Position numbers and translations under genes: made by a program. Positions 17,152-25,119 of a stretch of 28,654 nucleotides of DNA are shown here, in pieces. Where the stretch lies: IMG/VR virus record IMGVR_UViG_3300006055_000003, positions 1 through 28,654 of that record, one strand, 5' to 3'. Within the stretch, counting starts at the first letter, position 1, and the number at the start of each line of letters is the position of its first letter. Source of the stretch: a virus. Taxonomy: Duplodnaviria; Caudoviricetes. The notes beneath the pieces are model-generated. The model saw only the letters and a program-made list of their open reading frames with translations, was not told the DNA's origin and did no database searches.

Positions 17152-17450
17152 GGTGGAACCTTACCACCTTGATGGCCAGCGCCAAGAACGTCGCGGCCAA
17201 TCGATCCAACGAACCGAGCGTTCGTGACCTTGAAAGCATGCTCGCCGCGTTTGAGTATTGGAAGGGACATTATGACGCCAGCGCCAAGAAGTATCGCGAA
17301 CGAGCCGCCAAGCTTGAGTTGATCGGCGACAGCGAGGCTTCGATGGTGCGTCGTCACCGCGATGGGGCCGAAGAAGATGTCGCCAAGTGCGATGTAGGAA
17401 TCCGCACTATGAAGTGGGCCATCGCAACAATCAAGGCGACGCAACCATGA
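17148..17450 (+). CDS. Early hypothetical coiled-coil protein
   Basis: ATGA coupling. Confidence 0.55.
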   Translation: MRWNLTTLMASAKNVAANRSNEPSVRDLESMLAAFEYWKGHYDASAKKYRERAAKLELIGDSEASMVRRHRDGAEEDVAKCDVGIRTMKWAIATIKATQP

Positions 17451-17551
17451 TCGGCTTCGTCCTCACCCTTCTCGCCATCCTCGCGATCCTGGGCGGTGTC
17501 CACCTGTGGGAATGGCTTAGTTCGGACGATGTGGAGGCGGTGGACTTCTGA
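17447..17551 (+). CDS. Small membrane peptide (34 aa)
   Basis: Not in the track. MIGFVLTLLAILAILGGVHLWEW...; coupled at both ends. Confidence 0.5.
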   Translation: MIGFVLTLLAILAILGGVHLWEWLSSDDVEAVDF

Positions 17552-17772
17552 TGGCCTGCGAATGCATGAAAATCATGGACGCTAAACTGGCCGAGTTTAA
17601 CAGCAAACTCCAGGTTTCTATAGTGTGGGGTCGGGGCACGTTAGAGGCGCGTCCATATATTGGCGTTGAGAAGATCAACCCGCGCAAAGTCAACAAGCGC
17701 GCGGTTATCGCGACATTCTGCCCGTTTTGTGGAGATGCCTACGAGGTTCGGTCTGGAGAGGTTTCAGCATGA
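17551..17772 (+). CDS. Small zinc-binding protein
   Basis: CxC...CPFCG; GGAGG RBS. Confidence 0.65.
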   Translation: MACECMKIMDAKLAEFNSKLQVSIVWGRGTLEARPYIGVEKINPRKVNKRAVIATFCPFCGDAYEVRSGEVSA

Positions 17773-17942
17773 CCCGCTCCTCCACCCGCCGCGAAGCCTT
17801 CACCCGCGCCTCCAAAGCCACCCAGGCAGACGTGGAGCGCCTCATGGCCACTGTCGTCTATCTGCGAGCCGAAGGGGCGAGGGACAAGGCTGACGAGCTG
17901 GCCGATATCGCGGGGCGGTTGCAGGCGTGGAGGCGGGCGTGA
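17769..17942 (+). CDS. Small hypothetical protein
   Basis: ATGA coupling; GGAG RBS. Confidence 0.5.
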   Translation: MTRSSTRREAFTRASKATQADVERLMATVVYLRAEGARDKADELADIAGRLQAWRRA

Positions 17943-17951
17943 GCAGCAACC

Positions 17952-18335
17952 ATGCAGTCTATTATCGAATATTGCTTCGCGCGGCGCAAAGACGGTTCGG
18001 TCGGTCGGCGCTACGAGATGCACGTCTACCGGTATTGCCCCGTCGCGGTCTGCGAAATGTGTGCTCGTCTCGGCGATCCCCGCTTCATCAAACGATGGTG
18101 GCTAATGCCATTCGAGGCCGGATGGGAATTAGACATTCAAGAGGCGGTCCTTTGCATGGGCTGCATGAACAAAATGCGTCCAATCTGGCAATCTATATCA
18201 GACATTGACCATTGCCGCTATCTCATAAACAGAATAAAAGAGGCGATAACCCGTGCAAGAAAAGATCGAAACAACCGCTCAGCTTCGCCGCTTTTTGGCC
18301 GACCTGTTGCAGAAGGTATCGAACGGCAACATTGA
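17952..18335 (+). CDS. Hypothetical protein with two CxxC motifs
   Basis: CEMC and CMGC. Confidence 0.5.
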   Translation: MQSIIEYCFARRKDGSVGRRYEMHVYRYCPVAVCEMCARLGDPRFIKRWWLMPFEAGWELDIQEAVLCMGCMNKMRPIWQSISDIDHCRYLINRIKEAITRARKDRNNRSASPLFGRPVAEGIERQH

Positions 18336-18525
18336 ACCGGAAACCGCGCGCGACTGTGTGAAGATCGCCCACGCGCTCAACGAGTCCTTCAACGTCGAGT
18401 TGAAGATGCGCCTCGTTGCCCAAAAGGTCGGCGATATCGTGCCACGGCTCGGCATGGTGCAACTCGGAGAGCCCGGCCCCGAAGGCCCGATACTCATCGA
18501 GGGTCAAAAGGCGGACGCCGCATGA
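18253..18525 (+). CDS. Hypothetical protein
   Basis: GAGG RBS before the GTG start; ATGA coupling downstream. Confidence 0.55.
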   Translation: MQEKIETTAQLRRFLADLLQKVSNGNIEPETARDCVKIAHALNESFNVELKMRLVAQKVGDIVPRLGMVQLGEPGPEGPILIEGQKADAA

Positions 18526-18746
18526 ACGCCCCCGTCATCCGCACCGTTCCTGTGGACGCCAATGTCCGCGAGCTTGCCTCCGGTATGATGGCCGACGCCC
18601 AGCGCCTATTTTCCATCTGTTCGGGAATGTGGACAACGCCTGAGCGCGCCAATTCCATCCTTCCCCTCGCAACAGCAATCAATGCTCAGAGCCGACAGTT
18701 GATGATGTTGGCGCATGTCCAAGTCGATCAAGATGGGGACGATTGA
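18522..18746 (+). CDS. Hypothetical protein
   Basis: Coupled overlaps. Confidence 0.5.
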   Translation: MNAPVIRTVPVDANVRELASGMMADAQRLFSICSGMWTTPERANSILPLATAINAQSRQLMMLAHVQVDQDGDD

Positions 18747-18895
18747 TGGGCAATATCCGCTGTGTCCGTTGCGAACGATACCGTGACCGCGCTGACTTCG
18801 ATCAGGAAGCCTCTGATTTGCTTGGCGAGATGGTCTGTGACGAGTGCGCCGAGGAAGTCATGGAAGAGAACGGACAATTTGGAGTAGGCGCATGA
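18746..18895 (+). CDS. Small zinc-finger-like protein (49 aa)
   Basis: Not in the track. MGNIRCVRC...VCDEC...NGQFGVGA*; coupled at both ends. Confidence 0.55.
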   Translation: MGNIRCVRCERYRDRADFDQEASDLLGEMVCDECAEEVMEENGQFGVGA

Positions 18896-19128
18896 CACGC
18901 CGCTTTGCCGCTCGATACGAGCCAGTTGAAGGCAAAATCCACTGGCGCGGAAGCGATGACCGCTGGGTTTACATGCCACGCTCCCAAGCGGTGAAAGTCG
19001 CCGCCGAGCTTCACGCCGTTATCACAGACACCGGCATTCCAGGGTGGGCTGCGACGGCACAACGCTTCGCCTCCGATCTGGACGAAGCCATAGCACAATT
19101 CGAGGCTGACCAACATGCCGACGCCTGA
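18892..19128 (+). CDS. Hypothetical protein
   Basis: GGAG RBS; start moved to 18892. Confidence 0.5.
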   Translation: MTRRFAARYEPVEGKIHWRGSDDRWVYMPRSQAVKVAAELHAVITDTGIPGWAATAQRFASDLDEAIAQFEADQHADA

Positions 19129-19879
19129 CATCTTCGCCCGTCTGTCCGCTCCCTTCCCGCCTGAAGCTATCTCATGGCGCGTGGGATCGACCAACATCGA
19201 CAAGCAGACCGGGAAGCCCCGCAACGCCTCACAAGAGCCTTCGGGGATCGCGCTGGCCTATCTGGACGCCCGCGACGTGATGGATCGCCTTGATGAAGTG
19301 TGCGGCCCCGCCGGTTGGCAATGCCGCTATCCCCACGTCGGAAGCACGACCGTCTGCGACATCGGCATTCTAGTCGATGATGCGTGGATTTGGAAGGCGG
19401 ACGGTGCGGGCGCGACCGATGTTGAAGCCGAGAAAGGGATGCTCTCCGATGCCCTGAAGCGCGCCGCCGTGCGCTGGGGGATAGGGCGCTACCTCTACGG
19501 CCTAGACAGCCCATGGGTTCCAATCGAGCCTATGGGCAAGTCGTGGAAGATTTCCAAGCGCGCCTATGTCGATTTGCGCCGACTCCTTGAAGGCAAAAAG
19601 CCCGTCACAGCCAACGCGGCGAAGAAGGAGGGCGGGGGCGAACGCTTCAACGAACTGAAGCACGAGATTGGCACTCTGGAAAGCCCAGCGGCTTGCTCAA
19701 CTTGGGCGAATGCTCGCGCCGACGAGATAACCGCCATGCCTACAAACTGGCGCACGATGCTGCGGGAAGCCCTAACCGAACAGCGCAAGCTCGTCACGCT
19801 CGCAGACGATGACTTTCCGGGCGACCGGCCCATGCAGGGAAGGGGTGCGGCTCAAGAAGCGGCCCCGGCCTTGGCATGA
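19115..19879 (+). CDS. Rad52/Rad22-family (Sak-like) single-strand annealing protein
   Basis: L.APF....I.WR, LAYLDAR.VMDRLD.V.G..GW and EKG..SDALKRAAV.WGIGRYLY motifs. Confidence 0.9.
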   Translation: MPTPDIFARLSAPFPPEAISWRVGSTNIDKQTGKPRNASQEPSGIALAYLDARDVMDRLDEVCGPAGWQCRYPHVGSTTVCDIGILVDDAWIWKADGAGATDVEAEKGMLSDALKRAAVRWGIGRYLYGLDSPWVPIEPMGKSWKISKRAYVDLRRLLEGKKPVTANAAKKEGGGERFNELKHEIGTLESPAACSTWANARADEITAMPTNWRTMLREALTEQRKLVTLADDDFPGDRPMQGRGAAQEAAPALA

Positions 19880-20019
19880 TCTTACAAGCCATCGGTAGCG
19901 TTCTCTTGACGGCAGGAGTGCTAATTATGAGCTATAGGCTGTCTTCAATCATCGCTCGTCTAGAGGTTCGTATCGCGACACTTGAGACAACCCTGCGCGC
20001 CAACGGTATCTATCTATGA
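19876..20019 (+). CDS. Small membrane protein (47 aa)
   Basis: Not in the track. MILQAIGSVLLTAGVLIMSY...; ATGA overlaps at both ends. Confidence 0.5.
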   Translation: MILQAIGSVLLTAGVLIMSYRLSSIIARLEVRIATLETTLRANGIYL

Positions 20020-20345
20020 GCACCCTTGTCACCGACAAAGACATTGAGGGCGCCTTGGCGATCCTCTCCGACGAAACCGGAGCCGCTGTCCGCGCCTCGC
20101 ACGACTTCATGACGGAGCTTTCCAAGTCCGTCCTCGCCAAGCTCAAGAGCGAGTGCAACGAAAAGACCGCAAGCGCTAAGGAGGATTGGGCGCGCTGTCA
20201 ACCGATGTACACGGACCATCTGAAGAAGGTCCAGCACTTCGCCGAAGAGTCCTACCGCTGGCGTCAACGCTATGCCGCCGCGTCTGCCAAGATCGAGCTC
20301 TATAGAACCCTGTCGGCCAACAATCGGAGGCTCGACAGGCTGTGA
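20016..20345 (+). CDS. Helical protein in the recombination module
   Basis: Coiled-coil character; IELYRTLSANNR C-terminus. Confidence 0.6.
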   Translation: MSTLVTDKDIEGALAILSDETGAAVRASHDFMTELSKSVLAKLKSECNEKTASAKEDWARCQPMYTDHLKKVQHFAEESYRWRQRYAAASAKIELYRTLSANNRRLDRL

Positions 20346-20764
20346 TCTCCACCCCAGAGGTTCGCCGAGCGCGCGAAGTGATCCGAGCCGACGCGAAGGC
20401 CAAGAAAGCCGCGCGTCCGGCGAAGGTGATGCCGACCGACCCGAAACAGCGGAGGGTGCGGCAGCGTGATCCGGGATTCCTCGCGTACCTGCGTCGGCAA
20501 GCATGTTCCGTGGCCGGACCCGACTGTTCAGGCCCAATCGAGGCTTGCCATATTCGCTATGCAACGCTACAGTATCCCAATCCCGGCTTGCAGTCAAAAA
20601 GTAGTGACCGGCGCGCGGTTTCGATGTGTACCGCCCATCACCGGCAGGGCCCCCGCGCGCAACACAGTATGAATGAGCGCCGTTTCTGGTCCCTGCACGG
20701 CAAAGACCCCGATAAGCTCGCCGAGACACTTTACGCCCAATATCTCAATGGAGTGAAGCCGTGA
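20342..20764 (+). CDS. DUF968-like HNH/zinc-binding nuclease
   Basis: LAYLRRQAC..G...EACHIR...SD...V.MC..HH...QH...E..FW. Confidence 0.7.
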   Translation: MISTPEVRRAREVIRADAKAKKAARPAKVMPTDPKQRRVRQRDPGFLAYLRRQACSVAGPDCSGPIEACHIRYATLQYPNPGLQSKSSDRRAVSMCTAHHRQGPRAQHSMNERRFWSLHGKDPDKLAETLYAQYLNGVKP

Positions 20765-20940
20765 AATTGAGCAATACGATGCGTGAGTGCTTGGCTATGC
20801 ACCCTGACGAATGGGAGCCGTTTCGCGGAGGCTTCTACATGCGGACGCGCCGCGCCCTTCAGAACCGTGGCCTCGTTGAGCGTAACCCGTGGGGTCAGGT
20901 CCGCAAGACCGAAGCTGGAAAGGCCGTGTTCCATGACTGA
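20761..20940 (+). CDS. Small winged-helix-like protein (59 aa)
   Basis: Not in the track. GTG start; ...TRRALQNRGLVE...KTEAGK; GGAG RBS. Confidence 0.45.
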   Translation: MKLSNTMRECLAMHPDEWEPFRGGFYMRTRRALQNRGLVERNPWGQVRKTEAGKAVFHD

Positions 20941-21262
20941 GGTAGAGAGATTGAGGGAAGCGTTGGCAGATATGGAAGCCGACCGCGATGAAGCCGTGAA
21001 TTGGTCTCACATTGTGGACCGTCACGGAACCGATGGCTTCGATGATTTGGCCGATCAGTGGCTTGAGCAGACAGCAATTCAACGTCTGGTGCAAGCGGTG
21101 GCGTCCGTCTTCTCAAAATGGGCCAACGAAGGTCTCATGGTGCGTTTTCGCGGGCAGATGGCAATGCTCACACATACCGCCTTTGTCGAGGGTTGCCTTG
21201 TTGGTGTTCGGGCTGAGATGGCGCGCGCCGCCAAAGTCTACGCGGAGACCAATCATGACTGA
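20933..21262 (+). CDS. Hypothetical protein
   Basis: Start moved to 20933 (MTEVERLREAL). Confidence 0.55.
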   Translation: MTEVERLREALADMEADRDEAVNWSHIVDRHGTDGFDDLADQWLEQTAIQRLVQAVASVFSKWANEGLMVRFRGQMAMLTHTAFVEGCLVGVRAEMARAAKVYAETNHD

Positions 21263-21599
21263 GCATACAAAAGGGCCATGGATTGCGGGCAAGTTTTCGT
21301 CCGTCGTGGGATGGCCCGTGGTTGGAAGCGGCGGACGCCTAATCTGCGACATGGCCTTTCCCCGCCATTTGGCCGGAGACGAAGCTCCCAAGGTTGTAGC
21401 CTTCAAGGCCGAAGTCGCAGCCAACGCCCGCTTGATAGCCGCCGCGCCGGATTTGCTGGAGGCTCTTCAAACGGTTGACCGGCAAGTGTTCTGCGACTGC
21501 TTCGAGGGAACAAACAGCCCAACCGAACATCAGCCAGGCTGTTTCGTCCCCATCCTGCGCGCCGCCATCGCCAAGGCCACTGGAGCCAATCATGACTAA
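21255..21599 (+). CDS. Phage early protein, HTxGPW...ANARLIAAAPDLL family
   Basis: Motif present; GGAG RBS. Confidence 0.7.
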   Translation: MTEHTKGPWIAGKFSSVVGWPVVGSGGRLICDMAFPRHLAGDEAPKVVAFKAEVAANARLIAAAPDLLEALQTVDRQVFCDCFEGTNSPTEHQPGCFVPILRAAIAKATGANHD

Positions 21600-21714
21600 G
21601 CCCGTAATGCCGGATTTGAGGTTGCGGGATTTTCACAACCGCCTTCGCATCTTGCTCAATATCGACATGAGCGAGCTTGTCGACGGAGGCGCGAAAGGAC
21701 AAGACGATGGCTGA
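21592..21714 (+). CDS. Small hypothetical protein (40 aa), possibly a remnant
   Basis: GGAG RBS; overlaps both neighbours. Confidence 0.4.
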   Translation: MTKPVMPDLRLRDFHNRLRILLNIDMSELVDGGAKGQDDG

Positions 21715-22075
21715 ACACACCCCCGGACCTTGGACGCTGGCTGATCGGACCATCGAAGAGGACGGTTCAATCTATCCGGCGCACATATTGGGTGGGGCTC
21801 GCGAGCTTGTCATCTGTAGTTTCAGCGCCTTTGAGAGCGACGCAATGTTTGAGGCCAAGGATGACTGCCGATCCAAGCGCGCCAATGCCGCCCTGATCTG
21901 TGCTTCTCCTGATCTTCTCGCCGCCTGCATCGACCTTGTTGGTCTGATAGCAGAAATCGCCCCCGCTTACGAGCAAAGCACCATGTGCGCCAATGCCCGC
22001 GCGGCCATCGAGAAGGCCGCCGGTCGCGCCTCCCCCGACCTGCCGAACTTTCCAAGGAGCAATCTCGATGGCTGA
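21707..22075 (+). CDS. Second HTPGPW...ANAALICASPDLL family protein
   Basis: Paralogue of 21255..21599; AAGGA RBS. Confidence 0.7.
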   Translation: MAEHTPGPWTLADRTIEEDGSIYPAHILGGARELVICSFSAFESDAMFEAKDDCRSKRANAALICASPDLLAACIDLVGLIAEIAPAYEQSTMCANARAAIEKAAGRASPDLPNFPRSNLDG

Positions 22076-22355
22076 CCCCCGGTCCATCGCCTTTGTCACC
22101 GACAAGCTGTCCGGACATCTCCGCAGAGGACGCAGCGCAACAGCGTTCGCGGAGTTGATCGTGGAGGGGCTGATACCGGAGGGGCGGGTTTTGGTTCCAG
22201 GTAATCCCACTCCGCCTATGTGGAATGCAGGGATTAAGGCGTTCCAGGCACTCATCCCCACCCACGCAGGCAAAGTGGTGGGAGCCATCTGGTCCGCCAT
22301 GCTTAGCGCCTCCCCCGACCTCCCCGGCTTCGATAGGAGAAACCAAGATGGATGA
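22068..22355 (+). CDS. Hypothetical protein (P..PT..M..AG...W.AML motif)
   Basis: AAGGAG RBS. Confidence 0.6.
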   Translation: MADPRSIAFVTDKLSGHLRRGRSATAFAELIVEGLIPEGRVLVPGNPTPPMWNAGIKAFQALIPTHAGKVVGAIWSAMLSASPDLPGFDRRNQDG

Positions 22356-22476
22356 GACAACTCTGATTGCAATTCGCGGGCTGACGTGGGCGATCTATGT
22401 TTGCAGCGTCGCTCTCGTAGGCTCTGCGTGGCTCCTCGGAGCCGCCATGTTCATGAGCAAACGCCATGACCACTGA
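22348..22476 (+). CDS. Small membrane protein (42 aa)
   Basis: AGGAG RBS; one hydrophobic segment. Confidence 0.5.
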   Translation: MDETTLIAIRGLTWAIYVCSVALVGSAWLLGAAMFMSKRHDH

Positions 22477-23050
22477 AACCCCTCCCACCACACCGTTAGC
22501 GGATGAGGCGATTGAGCGGGCTGACCGGCGCTCGTCTGACGATTTGATGGTTTTGGCGAACCGGGGGATTGGCTTTATCACCTCCCACGGTGGCCCGGCA
22601 GGGTCTACGCTAAAGGAAATCGCCGACACCTTCGATGAGGTCTTGCGCCGATATGCTGCACTAGAGGCCGCCGCCCTCTCAGCCTCCCCTCTCCCCACGC
22701 TGGAGAGGGAGAAGCCTTTGAGCGGTCGATACATGGTCGAGGCATTTGAAGACAGATGTCGGGTGGTGGGGCCGTTCTATAAAACCCTCAAGCCGGCGCA
22801 GCAGGAACGGGACATGCTCAACGCCCTCACCCCTCCCGCTACTGGGGATGAGCGGTTGAGGAAGGCGTTGAAGCGGGTGATAGAGGCGGCCGAGCGGGCC
22901 ATCGGCGATCATGTTGCGCCCGGCGACTGCTACGCGACAGGCCCCCTCACCGGCAACCCCTTCGCGGACCTTGTGGCCTGTCCAGGGTGCGTGGCCTTGA
23001 ACGAGATTGCCGATGCAAAAGCCGCTCTTTCCGGCGATGGAGGGAAGTGA
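22466..23050 (+). CDS. Hypothetical protein with C-terminal Cys/His motif
   Basis: H..P.DCYATGPLTG....DLV.CP.C. Confidence 0.6.
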   Translation: MTTETPPTTPLADEAIERADRRSSDDLMVLANRGIGFITSHGGPAGSTLKEIADTFDEVLRRYAALEAAALSASPLPTLEREKPLSGRYMVEAFEDRCRVVGPFYKTLKPAQQERDMLNALTPPATGDERLRKALKRVIEAAERAIGDHVAPGDCYATGPLTGNPFADLVACPGCVALNEIADAKAALSGDGGK

Positions 23051-23379
23051 TGGCGCGCGAGGCTGGGGTTCACCTACGGACCGGCGCGGGCGCGATTGCC
23101 TGTAATTGTGGCGTCCGTTGGTCATCGCGCATTATCACAAGCACTACATCAACTTATATCGTATCTTGTAAAGGGTGCCTCCGAACGAAGGCGTTTCGTG
23201 ATGCCGCTAACAATAGACCAAAAACCAAGGCAGAAATAGCCCTAATATCCGCGCTTAATAGGCTTGGGAGCATGGAGGCGTTTCATGTGGCGCGGGCCTT
23301 CTCCGAACCGCAGGACACCGAGTTATTGCTACGAATTAAATACGCCAGAAACGCTGTCTATAATTTTGGTGAACCATGA
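23050..23379 (+). CDS. Hypothetical protein with Cys motifs
   Basis: TGATG coupling; CNCG and VSCKGC. Confidence 0.5.
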   Translation: MAREAGVHLRTGAGAIACNCGVRWSSRIITSTTSTYIVSCKGCLRTKAFRDAANNRPKTKAEIALISALNRLGSMEAFHVARAFSEPQDTELLLRIKYARNAVYNFGEP

Positions 23380-23810
23380 CCCATCTTGGCGTTGAGCGAG
23401 AGGAGGCTCGGCACAAGGCTTCACATATCGGTGCGCCAGCCTGTTTCGTGCTTGAGTTAGCCTGCCAAAACCTTCACCGCGCGTTCTGCCGAGACCCGTC
23501 TGGCGGAGGCATCTATCTTGTCGGCTCGGCAGGGGAGCGAGCGGACTGGCGCGACGTGGACGTGCGGTTGATCCTTCCCGACGATGAGTTCGACTTGCTG
23601 TTCCCCTACTGCGGCGGCTCTAAGGCCGTCAGATGGGAGTTCGACCCCCGCTGGATCATCATGACGGCTGCCATTTCCGATCACCTGTCCCGACTGACCG
23701 GCCTACCAATCGACTTCCAATTCCAACCCCAAGGCCACGCGAATGAACGCCACAAGGGCCGTCGCAACGCGCTCGGCATGATCTTCGCTACGGAGACGCC
23801 CTATGAGTAA
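23376..23810 (+). CDS. Stand-alone Pol-beta-superfamily nucleotidyltransferase-like protein
   Basis: YLVGS-x8-DVDV signature (hGS...DhDh) plus a third Asp in LPIDFQ. Confidence 0.7.
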   Translation: MTHLGVEREEARHKASHIGAPACFVLELACQNLHRAFCRDPSGGGIYLVGSAGERADWRDVDVRLILPDDEFDLLFPYCGGSKAVRWEFDPRWIIMTAAISDHLSRLTGLPIDFQFQPQGHANERHKGRRNALGMIFATETPYE

Positions 23811-24105
23811 CCACCCCTCCCCCACTGGGGTTTCAGACGAGGCGACGCTGGACCGGGTGGTCGCAGCCTTTCGTGCCGACCTGTCCGAGCGCCGAATATA
23901 CCACGCGCTGATGACGGCGGACCTGAAAAACGCCATGCGCGCCGCTCTCTCCACAGCCTGTTCACCAGAGCTGGTGGCGCTAACTAGGGAGGCCGTGGCT
24001 TACGGAAACCTAGTCATTCAAAGGGCTGGATCGAAGGAGCAACTGTTTCCCCTGCATCAAGCCGCCGTCGCCTACGCCAGATCAATCCGAGATGATCATG
24101 GGTGA
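23803..24105 (+). CDS. Hypothetical protein
   Basis: GGAG RBS. Confidence 0.55.
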   Translation: MSNHPSPTGVSDEATLDRVVAAFRADLSERRIYHALMTADLKNAMRAALSTACSPELVALTREAVAYGNLVIQRAGSKEQLFPLHQAAVAYARSIRDDHG

Positions 24106-24298
24106 GCGACCTGAACACTGGACAGCGACAGAACACGTCATCGCCGACATGTATGAGGCGGGGATGTCCTTTGCCGAGATTAGAGAGGGTTTGCGACTAG
24201 CGGCGCAACAGGCAGCAAAGATAATCATAGATGACATGCACGCTGATGACGAGAGAAAAGCCCGCTCCGTCCCTCCAAACCAGCCGGGAGATAGCTGA
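24092..24298 (+). CDS. Hypothetical protein
   Basis: Coupled within the operon. Confidence 0.5.
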   Translation: MIMGERPEHWTATEHVIADMYEAGMSFAEIREGLRLAAQQAAKIIIDDMHADDERKARSVPPNQPGDS

Positions 24299-24552
24299 TG
24301 GCCATCTTGGCGATCAAGAGTCTACGTCTCACCGATGACTTTCAGCGGATGGCGCAGGCTGTCCAGGCCCCGCTCCCATGGACCGAGGATGAGAATTGCG
24401 CCGGCCGGATGCGCGATGCGAATGGCGAAGCGATCATCTGCATCATGGGCCGCAGCGACAAGGAAGCATCCGCGATGTGCGACCTGATCGCGCTGGCGAT
24501 GAACACATGCGGAGGGTTCAAAGCAACCCGCAAGCCGGGAGATAGCTGATGG
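24282..24552. repeat. 20-bp exact direct repeat bracketing one gene
   Basis: AGCCGGGAGATAGCTGATGG at 24282-24301 and 24533-24552. Confidence 0.9.
24298..24549 (+). CDS. Hypothetical protein (PLPW...DANG motif)
   Basis: GGAG RBS; TGATG coupling. Confidence 0.6.
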   Translation: MAILAIKSLRLTDDFQRMAQAVQAPLPWTEDENCAGRMRDANGEAIICIMGRSDKEASAMCDLIALAMNTCGGFKATRKPGDS

Positions 24553-24806
24553 GTGAGCAACCGTCTGCCGTTCATGTTCACGTTGGCCTGAAGGCTGACA
24601 TGGAGGAAATGGCAGCGTGGCTTCCTGATCGGAGCGCCGCTTTCTTGTCCGGTGTGGCCAAGGTGTTGGCGGCAGGCCAGCGAACCCACCACCACTGTTC
24701 CGCCGGCTGCGAGAAGGCCCAAGCCGAACGGAACGCCGACAACGAGTGGCGCTGTGCTAAGTGCGGAGCGCCTTGGATTGAGTGCTCGCCGGAAACGTGT
24801 GGGTAG
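24549..24806 (+). CDS. Hypothetical protein with C-terminal Cys-rich motif
   Basis: GGAG RBS; CSAGC...CAKCG. Confidence 0.55.
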   Translation: MGEQPSAVHVHVGLKADMEEMAAWLPDRSAAFLSGVAKVLAAGQRTHHHCSAGCEKAQAERNADNEWRCAKCGAPWIECSPETCG

Positions 24807-24807
24807 G

Positions 24808-24996
24808 GTGGAGGACTATCTAAACGACCCAGAATTTGTTTGGATCATCCATAAACATCGGGTGACAGGAGAACTTCTGGGTCCATCTGTGCCGTTCAGC
24901 ATTCCCACCCGTGTGGTTTACGCAATATTGTCAGATGTTGGTTGGCTTGAAGTGCCATATGACGAGAGGGATAAGTGCGGCGCTCTATCCCGCTGA
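24808..24996 (+). CDS. Last early-operon ORF (hypothetical)
   Basis: GTG start just after the upstream stop; 3' end runs antisense into the ncRNA. Confidence 0.4.
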   Translation: MEDYLNDPEFVWIIHKHRVTGELLGPSVPFSIPTRVVYAILSDVGWLEVPYDERDKCGALSR

Positions 24997-25113
24997 GCTA
25001 CCTTTGGTCCCCCTTGCAATCTGACGATCCACCGCCCTACCGTGCGCACGTCGGAACGATTTTGTGTCGGACCTCTTGGGGGAGGGTTGGATTCGAACCA
25101 ACGACCTCCGCGT
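24976..25113 (-). ncRNA. Circularly permuted tRNA-like RNA (T-arm, closed acceptor stem, D-arm; YrlA-like order)
   Basis: Minus strand: A-CGCGG-AGGTC-GTTGG-TTCGAAT-CCAAC-CCTCCCCC-[64 nt]-GGGGGA(CCAAA)GG-TA-GCTC-AGCGGGATA-GAGC-G-CCGCA. Confidence 0.75.
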
Positions 25114-25119
25114 AAAGAC

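Noticed and set aside
25067-25073. GGTCCGA (minus strand), like the metazoan Y RNA Ro60-binding strand
   Set aside because: It lies in the acceptor insert rather than at the 5' end, and the expected UUGAC-type partner strand is missing. Probably chance.
24976-25113. Ordinary tRNA gene or two-piece alphaproteobacterial tmRNA
   Set aside because: The halves are in reverse order, with no anticodon loop and no correctly placed CCA. A fully paired D-stem is present, unlike tmRNA, and no tag reading frame was recognised.
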